A stretch of DNA of 63,983 bases, filler included, from Vicugna vicugna (GCA_013265495.1; 81 parts of 80 records of this genome joined end to end with filler, not necessarily neighbours in it); one strand, 5' to 3'. Positions 11,973-24,116 are shown, counted from the whole stretch's first letter. Numbers and translations are program-made. The notes: generated from the sequence alone by a model not told the origin.

Positions 11973-12682
11973 NNNNNNNNNNNNNNNNNNNNNNNNNNNN
12001 NNNNNNNNNNNNNNNNTTAATTAATTAANNNNNNNNNNNNNNNNNNNNNNNNNNNNNNNNNNNNNNNNNNNNTCACACCCTGCATATGAAATAGCCAGAT
12101 TTCCCTCCGTACTGTCTTCAACTCTTTAAAAAGCAAAAACTAAACAGCTGCCTTGATCCATGTATTATCCTAGTCATCTTTTTATTTTCTAATTTTTTGG
12201 AATATTTGTCTTGTTAGCCCATCACCCACTGGAGTTTGATACCTGTTAAAATCCTTGCTTTGAAGAACCTTTTTGGTCCTCCTTATATTTGGTGACAAAT
12301 GCGCCCTTATTAAATTTGTTTGAATGTTTTGAAAAAGTGAGATGCGAATTGATTTAGGCAGCTGCTGAGGAATTCTTTTCATGAAGTATTTAAACTTGGA
12401 ATATGTCAAAGTCTGCAGGATCTTGCTCTATTCTTGCTTTTACACAAACGTGCTCGGCACGTGGTTCCTGGCTGTCGCTGTGTGACGTGCGTGACGTGCG
12501 TGACGGAGCTTCCTGGCCGGCGGTCCCTGGTGGGGGTGTGGCCGGCTCGGGGGTGAGCAGCTGCAGGGGACGCTGTTGGAGGNNNNNNNNNNNNNNNNNN
12601 NNNNNNNNNNNNNNNNNNNNNNNNNNTTAATTAATTAANNNNNNNNNNNNNNNNNNNNNNNNNNNNNNNNNNNNNNNNNNNN

Positions 12683-13179
12683 TTAGAGCCGAAACCCCAC
12701 ATTCCCCAGGACTCCAGCCTAGGCAAATCATCAGGGAAGGCAAGTTAAGTCATTCAAGTAGAACAGAAGCGCTCCTGACATTTGGAGGAACTTCCCCACA
12801 CTCAGGATCCCGGAACCCAACCTTGTGGCGGGGAGATGTGGAGCCACAATCCAAGTAGATGAATGGGGTCACAAATGTTCCCCATTAGGGGGAAGTCCTC
12901 NNNNNNNNNNNNNNNNNNNNNNNNNNNNNNNNNNNNNNNNNNNNNNNNNNNNAACTGTTCCCTCTCAGCCCGGCCTAGGAAAACACACAAGGAATACAAG
13001 CTAGTTATTCTATTAGCACCCAGGCACTGCTGTCACTTGGAGGAGCCTCCCCACAATCAGGACACCTGAGCACGGCTCCGTGTGTGTATTGGAGGTCGGG
13101 ATACAGATTCCACGCATCTTTATGGGGGAACAGTTTTCCCAAGTTTGGGGAAGTAGTTTAAAACCCTCCACTGCCCACA
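12683..13179. repeat. SatE
   Basis: Collinear with SatA (TGGAGGAACTTCCCCACACTCAGGATCCCGGAACC...GGGGAAGTCC); close reverse-complement copy of 14368-14750. Confidence 0.85.
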
Positions 13180-13362
13180 NNNNNNNNNNNNNNNNNNNNN
13201 NNNNNNNNNNNNNNNNNNNNNNNTTAATTAATTAANNNNNNNNNNNNNNNNNNNNNNNNNNNNNNNNNNNNNNNNNNNNCACTGTACCATGGAAGGGAAA
13301 AAAACAGCTATGGAAACTAGGGATCACATTGTATATAAACACATTTTCTGTTGCCATATGCG

Positions 13363-13485
13363 ATGGATGGATGGATGGATGGATGGATGGATGGATGGAA
13401 GGGTGAGTGGGTGGATGGATGGAAGGGTGAGTGGGTAGATGGATGTATGGGTGGATGGATGGAAGGGTGAGTGGATGGATGGGTG
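13363..13485. repeat. (GGAT)n compound microsatellite
   Basis: GATGGATGGATG... with GGAAGGGTGAGT interruptions. Confidence 0.95.
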
Positions 13486-13706
13486 GTTCCAAAGACAGAC
13501 AGACACTAAAAAAGGATTAGGGGAAAAAGCAGCAAAATGTTAATGCTGGTCATAGGTGACTCTTTCATTAAAAATTCTAAGAACTCTAGGCTGAATACGT
13601 TTCACANNNNNNNNNNNNNNNNNNNNNNNNNNNNNNNNNNNNNNNNNNNNTTAATTAATTAANNNNNNNNNNNNNNNNNNNNNNNNNNNNNNNNNNNNNN
13701 NNNNNN

Positions 13707-14213
13707 TCTTACTCCATATTAGATCTGTTCGTTTGACTTTAACCCTGTGCCATTTTTCCTAGGTTTAGTCTTGTTGTTTCTGCACCTTTTGTAAAACAAT
13801 GTTGCCTAAAGCCTGAAATATACAGGAGACCCTATTCTCAAGGCTCTGACTTTAAAGGAAATTAACACTTTTCCATTCATATAAAGATAACAAGTTACAA
13901 AATAGAAAATAACATTTGTTTGTTGGAGGTTTACACGGATCTGACTCAGGTGAAGAGCTGCAAGAACAAAAGATTCTAACAACAAAGAATTCATAAACGA
14001 AGTTTGATGCAACAACCAAGCATTCCTGCTTCCCCTTTTTAATATAAAAATATCCTGAATTCTGACTTTCGGAGATGGTTTTCCAGGACATTTTACTTCC
14101 ATCTTCTCAGCTGGCTTTCCAAATTAAAGTTGCTATTTCTTGCCCCAAAATCTGCTCTCCCGATTTACTGGCCTGTAATGCAAAAGCAGAACAAGTCTGG
14201 ACTTGGAAAGACA
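13707..14213 (+). mobile_element. ERV (class I-like) LTR, partial or solo
   Basis: TATAAAA at 14043, ATTAAA at 14123, U5-like ending ...GGACTTGGAAAGACA; no primer-binding site follows. Confidence 0.6.
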
Positions 14214-14367
14214 AACATACACTGAAAGTACCCATTTGGTATTTTAAATGACCTGCTTCCACTCGTCNNNNNNNNNNNNNNNNNNNNNNNNNNNNNNNNN
14301 NNNNNNNNNNNTTAATTAATTAANNNNNNNNNNNNNNNNNNNNNNNNNNNNNNNNNNNNNNNNNNNN

Positions 14368-14906
14368 CCTGATTGTGGGGAGGCTCCTCCAAGTGACAGC
14401 AGTGCCTGTGTTTTAATAGAATAACTAGCTTGTTTTCATGAGTGTTTTCCTAGTCTGGGCTGAGAGGGAAAGCTGGGAGATTGCCTTGGAGGCCAAGTAG
14501 CAGCAACTGCCTCCCTATGGAATGTGGAAGTATTTAGAGGACTTCCCCCTAATGGGGAACATTTGTGACCCCATTCATCTACTTGGATTGTGGCTCCACA
14601 TCTCCCCGCCACAAGGTTGGGTTCCGGGATCCTGAGGGTGGGGAAGTTCCTCCAAATGTCAGGAGCGCTTGTGTTCTACTTGAATCCCTTAACTTGCCTT
14701 CCCTGATGGTATTGCCTAGGCTGGAGTGCTGGGGAATGTGGGGTTTTGGCTCTAATACCAAGAATTTGCCAATGCATCTACATGGGAATTTGAGAAATTT
14801 TACCTACACCCAGCAACGTGGGAATACATGTGCCACCTGAAAGATGCCTTGAGCTTGTTTTCCTACCACCAGCACACAAACGAGGAAGTGTTCTTCTATC
14901 CTGAAT
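14368..14906. repeat. SatE, subunits of ~263 and ~269 bp
   Basis: CCTGA anchor at 14368, 14631 and 14900, with ...GTGGGGA.G.TCCTCCAA at the first two. Confidence 0.85.
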
Positions 14907-15006
14907 NNNNNNNNNNNNNNNNNNNNNNNNNNNNNNNNNNNNNNNNNNNNTTAATTAATTAANNNNNNNNNNNNNNNNNNNNNNNNNNNNNNNNNNNNNN
15001 NNNNNN

Positions 15007-15473
15007 GCATGTACGGAACCCGGAATTACATGTTGTTGGAATACATATAAATTACATATCTGTTAAGTAGAAATCACTCCAGAACTATTATTCTGTGAAA
15101 AATGCACGAATTCGAACCTGGTTTTAGGGAAAGATTGTGAAAATGTGTACACGGGTCTAGATGAAATTATTACTTTTATAGAGGAGGAAAGATTAGTAAT
15201 CCACATGCTCTCAACTCAGGAATGCATGTTTGTCAAATCCGTCATGNNNNNNNNNNNNNNNNNNNNNNNNNNNNNNNNNNNNNNNNNNNNNNNNNNNNNN
15301 NNNNNNNNNNNNNNAATTCGCTCCAAGAGTGTTTTTGTGGGTTCAAAGTGTGATTCTTGAAACTGGTGATATGAAGAAGCTACAAAGTCAATGTGAATAT
15401 TTCAGAGTGCATAGGAAACTTGTTTGGAGTTTGAAACATGAGTCATGCGCATGGTCACAACTCAGAAATGCAT
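15007..15473. repeat. SatD: AT-rich ~247-bp-subunit higher-order satellite (subunits 2 and 3)
   Basis: ATCCACATGCTCTCAACTCAGGAATGCATG and CATGCGCATGGTCACAACTCAGAAATGCAT anchors. Confidence 0.9.
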
Positions 15474-15573
15474 NNNNNNNNNNNNNNNNNNNNNNNNNNN
15501 NNNNNNNNNNNNNNNNNTTAATTAATTAANNNNNNNNNNNNNNNNNNNNNNNNNNNNNNNNNNNNNNNNNNNN

Positions 15574-16325
15574 TTTCAGTTGCAAACTTCACTACATACA
15601 TATATATGGGAGGTAAAAGCTCCAAATGGATTTACAGTGAAAATAGGAGGAACATCAAACCGGCACTAGGAAACAGACTGAGAAACCAGAGAAAGTTTTT
15701 CTCCTGCTACCCGTTCCCTTTGTGCTGGATGAACGAACTTCTAGCCACATGCTCAGTTCTGAGAGATAAGTGTTTGTGAAAGCTGTTGTTCACCTAGCTT
15801 GAAGGGATCACAAAGATTCTTATCAGTGCAAACCCACAACATACATATATATGGGGAGGTACAAGCTCCAACTAGGTTTTACAGTGAAAACTGCAAGAAC
15901 TTCAAACCGGCATTAGGAAAAAGTCTAAGAAACCAGAGTAAGTGTGTCTCCTGCAAACAGTTCCATTTGTGCTGGATAAGAACGACTCTCCACATGCTTT
16001 GTTCAAAAAGATAAGTGTGTGTGAAAGCCCTCCTTAACCTAGCTTGAAGGGAACACAAAGTTTCTTTTGTGTTGCAAACTTCAATACTTACGTATATATG
16101 GGGAGGTACAATCTCCAGCCCGGTTATTCACAGAAAACTGCAGGAACCTCAAACCGGCACTAGGAAACAGACTGAGAAAACAGAGTAAGTGTGTCTCCTG
16201 CAACACATTCCCTTTGTGCTGATTGAACGAACGTATCTCCACATGCTCTGTTTTGAGAAATAAGTATGTGTGAAAGAGTACCTTAACCTAGCTTGAAGGG
16301 AACACATAGTATCTTCTCAGTTGCA
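15574..16325. repeat. SatB: ~247-249-bp tandem satellite, 3 monomers
   Basis: AAACCGGCA(C/T)TAGGAAA at 15657, 15904 and 16151. Confidence 0.95.
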
Positions 16326-16425
16326 NNNNNNNNNNNNNNNNNNNNNNNNNNNNNNNNNNNNNNNNNNNNTTAATTAATTAANNNNNNNNNNNNNNNNNNN
16401 NNNNNNNNNNNNNNNNNNNNNNNNN

Positions 16426-16839
16426 GCATTCCGGGTTCCTAACATGCTACATGTTTGACAGATTTGGCAAACATGCGTTTCTGACTTGTGAGCATTTGGT
16501 TTACAGACCTTTCACCCTCCGAACAAGGCGTATAAAGACTTAGAAATATTTACTCTGACTTCATAGGTTTTTCCTATCACCAGGTTGTAAAATCGGGCAT
16601 TTGGCACCAGAAAACACACTTTGAGCGAATTCACACCAATACACATGAAATTTACATTGTTTACATAACCATGGAATTCCGTATTACGAGCATGTTTCAC
16701 GCATCACGGATTCCTAAAACATGCATTTCTGAGTTGTGAACATGCGCATGACTGATGTTTCAACCACAAAACCAGTTACCTATGCACTATGCAGTCTGAA
16801 ATATTTAATTTGACTGTGTAGCTTCTTCCTATCACCAGT
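16426..16839. repeat. SatD, reverse orientation
   Basis: ATGCATTTCTGAGTTGTGAACATGCGCATGACTGATG; TTTGGCACCAGAAAA. Confidence 0.9.
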
Positions 16840-17786
16840 NNNNNNNNNNNNNNNNNNNNNNNNNNNNNNNNNNNNNNNNNNNNTTAATTAATTAANNNNN
16901 NNNNNNNNNNNNNNNNNNNNNNNNNNNNNNNNNNNNNNNTAGAAAATAGTGAGTGTAAATACTGACACTTGTGTAACAAAATGGACTCAAAAGTCTAATA
17001 AACCCTAATAGAAAGGAGCTGTAGGTTAGAAGAAATGAAAAAAAACGTAATACTTTGTGACTTAATATGTTAACATAATTCAGTGAAAGAGGACAAGGAA
17101 AACCTAAAGAAAGAAAGATCAGAGTCCTGGCGAGTGAAGTGTGATGAGAAAAGTGCTGAAACTTTTCTCACTTCTGACACCTAATCTCATTCATTTTGGC
17201 TTAATTTCCTTCCGAGTCCTTCCTCAGTTGATTAGCTTTGAACTCGTTTATGTAGTTGTCCCACAGCAAAGATAACCTTATTTTATGATATGAAAAGAAG
17301 ATTCAGGTTGTGGAATTTAATGAGGATTACATTTGTAGTATCTTATTGTTTTCTTCTATTTAGTTTTTTGCCCAGAAAGTAACTGTGTTCTCATTTGACC
17401 AATAAGGCGGTAAAATTGTTCAATATTTGCTCCACATCAGTGTGTTTGGGGAGGGGGAGGGTAGTGACAGTGATAGAGCTTTTTCTATTTAATAGCGACT
17501 TGTAACTTGTTTAGTTCAAAAGTACACACAACCATTTGCCCTTTGGAACTGTAGGTGTTTGTTCAGAGCAGAAGGGCCCTTTTATATCAGTTCACAAGGA
17601 GGATCGTACACTTTCTTCCAGCAGAGCATAATGCCAAAGACAGCAGGTATCCCTCAACTCAATATTCATGAGCCAAGGGAGGGCCCNNNNNNNNNNNNNN
17701 NNNNNNNNNNNNNNNNNNNNNNNNNNNNNNTTAATTAATTAANNNNNNNNNNNNNNNNNNNNNNNNNNNNNNNNNNNNNNNNNNNN

Positions 17787-18437
17787 TAACACCAGGTTCC
17801 AACTCGTCCATTTTTCACAGAAAAATAGTTCCGGAGCGATAAACAACTAACAGATATGTAATTTACATGTATTCCAACATCATGGCATTTCGGGTTCCGT
17901 ACATGCTACATGTATGACGGATTTGGCAATCATGCGTTTCTGACTTGTGAGCATGTGGATTATAGACTTTTCACCCTCCGAACAAGACCTGTATAGACTT
18001 AGAAATATTTCCTCTGACTTCATAGGTTTTTCCTATCACCAGGTTTTAAATCTGACATTTGGCACCAGAAAACACTCTATGAGCAAATTCTCACCAATAT
18101 ACATGTAATTTACATTGTTTACATAACCATGGAATTCCGTATTACGAGCATGTTTCATGCATCACGGATTCCTCAAACATGCATTTCTGAGTTGTGAACA
18201 TGCGCATGACTGATGTTTCAACCACCAAACAAGTTACCTATGCACTNNNNNNNNNNNNNNNNTTTGTAGCTTCTTCCTATCACCAGTTTCAAGAATCAAA
18301 CTTTGATCCCACAAAAACCCTCTTGGAGCGAATTCTTCCCTAGAGATATGTAATTTGAATAGATTTCATCTACATGATATTAAGTGTTCAGTAATGCTAC
18401 ATATATGACGGATTTGACAAACATGCATTCCTGAGTT
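17787..18437. repeat. SatD, reverse orientation
   Basis: TGA(C/G)TTGTGA anchors at 17941 and 18188 (247 bp). Confidence 0.9.
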
Positions 18438-18537
18438 NNNNNNNNNNNNNNNNNNNNNNNNNNNNNNNNNNNNNNNNNNNNTTAATTAATTAANNNNNNN
18501 NNNNNNNNNNNNNNNNNNNNNNNNNNNNNNNNNNNNN

Positions 18538-19068
18538 ATGCATGACGGTTTCGGCAAACATGCAGTTCTGAGTTGTGAGCACATGGATTACATGACTTTC
18601 ATCCACCAAACAAGGCTTATATACACTTAGAAATATTTACTCTGACTTCATAGGATTTTTCTATCACCAGGTTTTAAAATCGGATATTTGGCACCAGAAA
18701 ACACTCTTTGAGAGAATTCTCACCAATACACATGTAATTTANNNNNNNNNNNNNNNNNNNNNNNNNNNNNNNNNNNNNNNNNNNNNNNNNNNNNNNNNNN
18801 NNNNNNNNNNNNNNNNNNNNNNNNNNNNNNNNNNNNNNNNNNNNNNNNNNNNNNNNNNNNNNNNNNNNNNNNNNNNNNNNNNNNNNNNNNNNNNNNNNNN
18901 NNNNNNNTTTGAAATATACTTTGACTTCATAGCTACTCCCTGTCACCAGTTTCAAGAATCACACTTTGATCCCAGAAAAACCCAATTTAAGCGAATTCTA
19001 CCCTAGAGATACGTAATTTGAAAAGATTCCATCTACATGATATTTCGTGTTCCTTACATGCTACATAC
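18538..19068. repeat. SatD, reverse orientation
   Basis: TCTGAGTTGTGAGCAC, TTTGGCACCAGAAAACACTCTTTGAG, CAAGAATCACACTTTGATCCC. Confidence 0.9.
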
Positions 19069-19168
19069 NNNNNNNNNNNNNNNNNNNNNNNNNNNNNNNN
19101 NNNNNNNNNNNNTTAATTAATTAANNNNNNNNNNNNNNNNNNNNNNNNNNNNNNNNNNNNNNNNNNNN

Positions 19169-19965
19169 TCTCCACATGCTCAGCTCTGAGAGATAAGTGT
19201 GTGTGAAATCCGTTCTTCACCTAAGTTGAAGGGAACACAATGTTTCTTTTCAGTTGCAAACTCCACTCCATACATATATATGCGGAGGTACAAGCTCCAA
19301 CACGGTTTTACAGTGAAAAATGCAGGCACTTCAAACCGGCACTAGGAAACAGACTGAGATACCAGAGTAAGGGTTTCTCCTGCAACCCGTTCTATTTGTG
19401 TTGGATGAACGAACGTCTCTCCNNNNNNNNNNNNNNNNNNNNNNNNNNNNNNNNNNNNNNNNNNNNNNNNNNNNNNNNNNNNNNNNNNNNNNNNNNNNNN
19501 NNNNNNNNNNNNNNNNNNNNNNNNNNNNNNNNNNNNNNNNNNNNNNNNNNNNNNNNNNNNNNNNNNNNNNNNNNNNNNNNNNNNNNNNNNNNNNNNNNNN
19601 NNNNNNNNNNNNNNNNNNNNNNNNNNNNNNNNNNNNNNNNNNNNNNNNNCTGGATGAACGAACGTCTCTCCACATGCTCAGTTCTGAGAGATAAGTGTGT
19701 GTGAAAGCCGTCCTTCACCTAGCTTGAAGGGAACACAAAGTTTATTTTCACTTGCAAATACCACTCCATACATATATATGGGGAGGTACAAGCTCCAACT
19801 CGGTTTTACAGTGAAAACGGTAGGCACATCCAACCGGCACTAGGAAACAGACTGAGAAACCAGAGTCAGTGTTTCTCCTCCAACCTGTTCCCTTTTGCTG
19901 GATGAACGAACGTCTCTCCTCATGCTCATTTCTGAGAAATAAGTGTGTGTGAAAGCCGTCCTTCA
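19169..19965. repeat. SatB
   Basis: GATGAACGAACGTCTCTCC at 19653 and 19901 (248 bp). Confidence 0.95.
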
Positions 19966-20065
19966 NNNNNNNNNNNNNNNNNNNNNNNNNNNNNNNNNNN
20001 NNNNNNNNNTTAATTAATTAANNNNNNNNNNNNNNNNNNNNNNNNNNNNNNNNNNNNNNNNNNNN

Positions 20066-21005
20066 ATGCATGTTTGAAGAATCAGTGTTGCATGAAACAT
20101 GTTCAGAATTTGGAATTCCTTGGTAATGTAAACGAAGTAAATTACATGTGTTTTGGTGGGAATTTGCTCAAAGAGTGTTTTCTGGTGCCAAATGTCCGAT
20201 TTTAGAACCTGGTGATAGAAAAAACCTATGAAGATATAGTAAATATTTCTAAGTGAATATATGCCTTGTTTGGTGGATGAAAGGTCAGTAATCCANNNNN
20301 NNNNNNNNNNNNNNNNNNNNNNNNNNNNNNNNNNNNNNNNNNNNNNNNNNNNNNNNNNNNNNNNNNNNNNNNNNNNNNNNNNNNNNNNNNNNNNNNNNNN
20401 NNNNNNNNNNNNNNNNNNNNNNNNNNNNNNNNNNNNNNNNNNNNNNNNNNNNNNNNNNNNNNNNNNNNNNNNNNNNNTATACACGTGTCTAGATGAAAAT
20501 ATTCCTTTTATGGAGGATGAAAGATCAATAATCCACATGCCCTCAACTCAGGAATGCATGTTTGAGGAATCCGTGTTGCATGAAAATTTCAGAATACGGA
20601 ATGACATGCTTATGTATACAATGTAAATTACATTTGTTTTGGTGAGAATTTGCGCAAAGTGTTTTCTCTTGCCAAATGTCCGATTTTAGAACCTGGTGAT
20701 AGAAAAAACCTATAAAGACAGAGGAAATATTTGTTAGAGAATATATGCCTTGTTTGGTTAATGAAAGTTCAGTAATACACATGCTCACATCTCAGAAACT
20801 CATGCTTGTCAAATCCGACATGCATGTAGCATGTACGGAAACAGGAATGCCATTTTGATGGATTCTATTCAAATCACATATATCTAGGGTAGATTTCGCT
20901 CCAAGAAGGTTTTTCTGGGGTCAAAGTCTGATTCTTGAAACTGGAGACAGGGATAAGTATTGAAGTCAAAGTAAATATTTCTAAGTGCATATGTACCCTG
21001 TTATG
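20066..21005. repeat. SatD, variant subunit order
   Basis: A(A/T)CTCAG anchors at 20545 and 20789; TGCCAAATGTCCGATTTTAGAACCTGGTGATAG twice. Confidence 0.9.
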
Positions 21006-21105
21006 NNNNNNNNNNNNNNNNNNNNNNNNNNNNNNNNNNNNNNNNNNNNTTAATTAATTAANNNNNNNNNNNNNNNNNNNNNNNNNNNNNNNNNNNNNNN
21101 NNNNN

Positions 21106-22140
21106 TAAATATTTCTAAGTCTATATACGCCTTGTTTGGTGGATGAAAAGACAGTAATCCACATGCTAACAAGTCACAAACGCATGATTGTGGAATCCGT
21201 CATGCATGGAGCATGTACTGAACCCGGAATGCCATGTTGATGGAATTCATGTAAATTACATACCTATTAGGTGGAAATTGCTCCAGAACAATTTTTCTGT
21301 GAAAAATGCACGAATTAGAANNNNNNNNNNNNNNNNNNNNNNNNNNNNNNNNNNNNNNNNNNNNNNNNNNNNNNNNNNNNNNNNNNNNNNNNNNNNNNNN
21401 NNNNNNNNNNNNNNNNNNNNNNNNNNNNNNNNNNNNNNNNNNNNNNNNNNNNNNNNNNNNNNNNNNNNNNNNNNNNNNNNNNNNNNNNNNNNNNNNNNNN
21501 NNNNNNNNNNNNNNNNNNNNNNNNNNNNNNNNNNNNNNNNNNNNNNNNNNNNNNNNNNNNNNNNNNNNNNNNNNNNNNNNNNNNNNNNNNNNNNNNNNNN
21601 NNNNNNNNNNNNNNNNNNNNNNNNNNNATTTGTTTGGTGGTTGTAACATCAGTCATGCGCATGTTCACAACTCAGAAATGCATGTTTGAGGAATCTGTGA
21701 TGCATGAAACATGTTCGGAATACGAAATGCCATGGTTATGTAAAAAATGTAAATTCATGTGTGTTGGTGAGAATTCACTCAAAGAGGGTATTCTGGTGCC
21801 AAACCTCTGATTTAAAACCTGCTGATAGAAAAAATCTATGAAGTCAGAGTAAATATTTCTAAGGGTATATATGCCTTGTTTCGTGGATGAAAGATCAGTA
21901 ATCCACATGCTCACAACTCAGAAGCACATGTATCCCGAATCCAACATGCATGTAGGAACTACGGAATCCGGAATGCCATGTTGATGGAATTCATGTAAAT
22001 TACATACCTATTAGGTGGAAATTGCTCCAGAACTATTTTTCAGTAAAAAATGCACGAATTCAAACCTGGAGTTAGTGAAAGCTTGTGAAAATGTGTACAC
22101 GTGTCTAGATGAAAATATTCCTTTTATAGAGGATGAAAGA
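21106..22140. repeat. SatD
   Basis: AACTCAG anchors at 21669 and 21915 (246 bp); subunit order 3-1-2. Confidence 0.9.
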
Positions 22141-24116
22141 NNNNNNNNNNNNNNNNNNNNNNNNNNNNNNNNNNNNNNNNNNNNTTAATTAATTAANNNN
22201 NNNNNNNNNNNNNNNNNNNNNNNNNNNNNNNNNNNNNNNNTGGCGACCTTTACAGTTCAGTTCACTATCTGACTTATACTATTTATCTAGAACTTCTTGA
22301 AAAATGGAGGCCTGATTCATATTCAAGTTCAGTCAAAGATTCCCCTCACTTACCACACTCCCTTCATCCCAGAGAAGACGTAAACCCAGCATTTCCTGAA
22401 TCTAGCAGAAGGCCATCATTTCTTTGTGGGAGCTAAGTATTCAATTCCTATCTATTTCAGTCGAGACTCTTTGACCTTTAAGGGGTTCACTGTTGTTCAC
22501 AGAGTGTGAAGCTAGAGGAACTCTGATTNNNNNNNNNNNNNNNNNNNNNNNNNNNNNNNNNNNNNNNNNNNNNNNNNNNNNNNNNNNNNNNNNNNNNNNN
22601 NNNNNNNNNNNNNNNNNNNNNNNNNNNNNNNNNNNNNNNNNNNNNNNNNNNNNNNNNNNNNNNNNNNNNNNNNNNNNNNNNNNNNNNNNNNNNNNNNNNN
22701 NNNNNNNNNNNNNNNNNNNNNNNNNNNNNNNNNNNNNNNNNNNNNNNNNNNNNNNNNNNNNNNNNNNNNNNNNNNNNNNNNNNNNNNNNNNNNNNNNNNN
22801 NNNNNNNNNNNNNNNNNNNNNNNNNNNNNNNNNNNNNNNNNNNNNNNNNNNNNNNNNNNNNNNNNNNNNNNNNNNNNNNNNNNNNNNNNNNNNNNNNNNN
22901 NNNNNNNNNNNNNNNNNNNNNNNNNNNNNNNNNNNNNNNNNNNNNNNNNNNNNNNNNNNNNNNNNNNNNNNNNNNNNNNNNNNNNNNNNNNNNNNNNNNN
23001 NNNNNNNNNNNNNNNNNNNTTTTCGGCCATCTTTGTGCCTCCCATAAAGTCGAATTCAAAAGGACTGGGCAAGTCAGGAAGTACCGCGGAGCCTCACCAG
23101 GTAGCTGATGACATGCAGATCTTCCACTGTCNNNNNNNNNNNNNNNNNNNNNNNNNNNNNNNNNNNNNNNNNNNNTTAATTAATTAANNNNNNNNNNNNN
23201 NNNNNNNNNNNNNNNNNNNNNNNNNNNNNNNTCCTCAGTCACATCCCTCCTGCCCTCTCCCATTCCCACAATGAGTTTTATAAATATTTTGTCAGACAGA
23301 CATTGCACTCCCAGTTGTTATCATTATCAGCCATTTCCTTATTATCTGCGGTTTACGATGCATTTGCTCCAGGGACGTTCCCGAGGTAAGGCAGGAGCAG
23401 ATGACTGAGTCACTTGTTGATGTACACTTGTGTCAAGCCTGTTAAGAATGATTTTTGGGGGGATTTGTTNNNNNNNNNNNNNNNNNNNNNNNNNNNNNNN
23501 NNNNNNNNNNNNNTTAATTAATTAANNNNNNNNNNNNNNNNNNNNNNNNNNNNNNNNNNNNNNNNNNNNCTTCATGTAAGGCATTTGCACAGCCCTGTGC
23601 GGGAATTTGTGCTGAACGGTCTGCCTGGCGCGCTGACCGAAGTGGGTATTTTACTGATCTTAGAAATAGTCTGGTTTCCTGATGCAGTGTTTCTCTTAAC
23701 AAGCAACAGAAGCAACCTCTGTCTGATAAAAGCAAAAAGGGACTTAATGAAAAGATACTGGGAGGTTGCATGGAGTTGCCCAGACCAGAGCCGACTCGGG
23801 GGCCGTAGGAGATGTTGGGGAGCCCTAGGCACCAGGCTGGGCAGGGTGTCACCGGGCCCCCTGCTGCCCCAACAGGGACCCCCCTCCTCCTGACCCTCCA
23901 CCTCAATGCAGGAGTCCCGGCAGGGCCAGGTCACACTGAAGCCACCAGCACACACCTCAGCAGGGGAGTTGGCCCCGGCTCAGCTAAAGGCATGCCTGGT
24001 GTGGGGAGAGGCCCAGNNNNNNNNNNNNNNNNNNNNNNNNNNNNNNNNNNNNNNNNNNNNTTAATTAATTAANNNNNNNNNNNNNNNNNNNNNNNNNNNN
24101 NNNNNNNNNNNNNNNN

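Noticed and set aside
12182..12409. 75-aa basic ORF on the minus strand
   Set aside because: Non-ATG start, no recognisable family or splice support, and a length compatible with chance.
13232..13506. Pro/His-rich ORFs (PSIH repeats)
   Set aside because: Translation of the (ATCC)n microsatellite.
1..16325. Single common origin of all four ~250-267-bp satellites (SatA/E with SatB/D)
   Set aside because: Only a short CCAC(AT)GCTCAG-like resemblance links the two groups; I could see no extended collinearity by eye.
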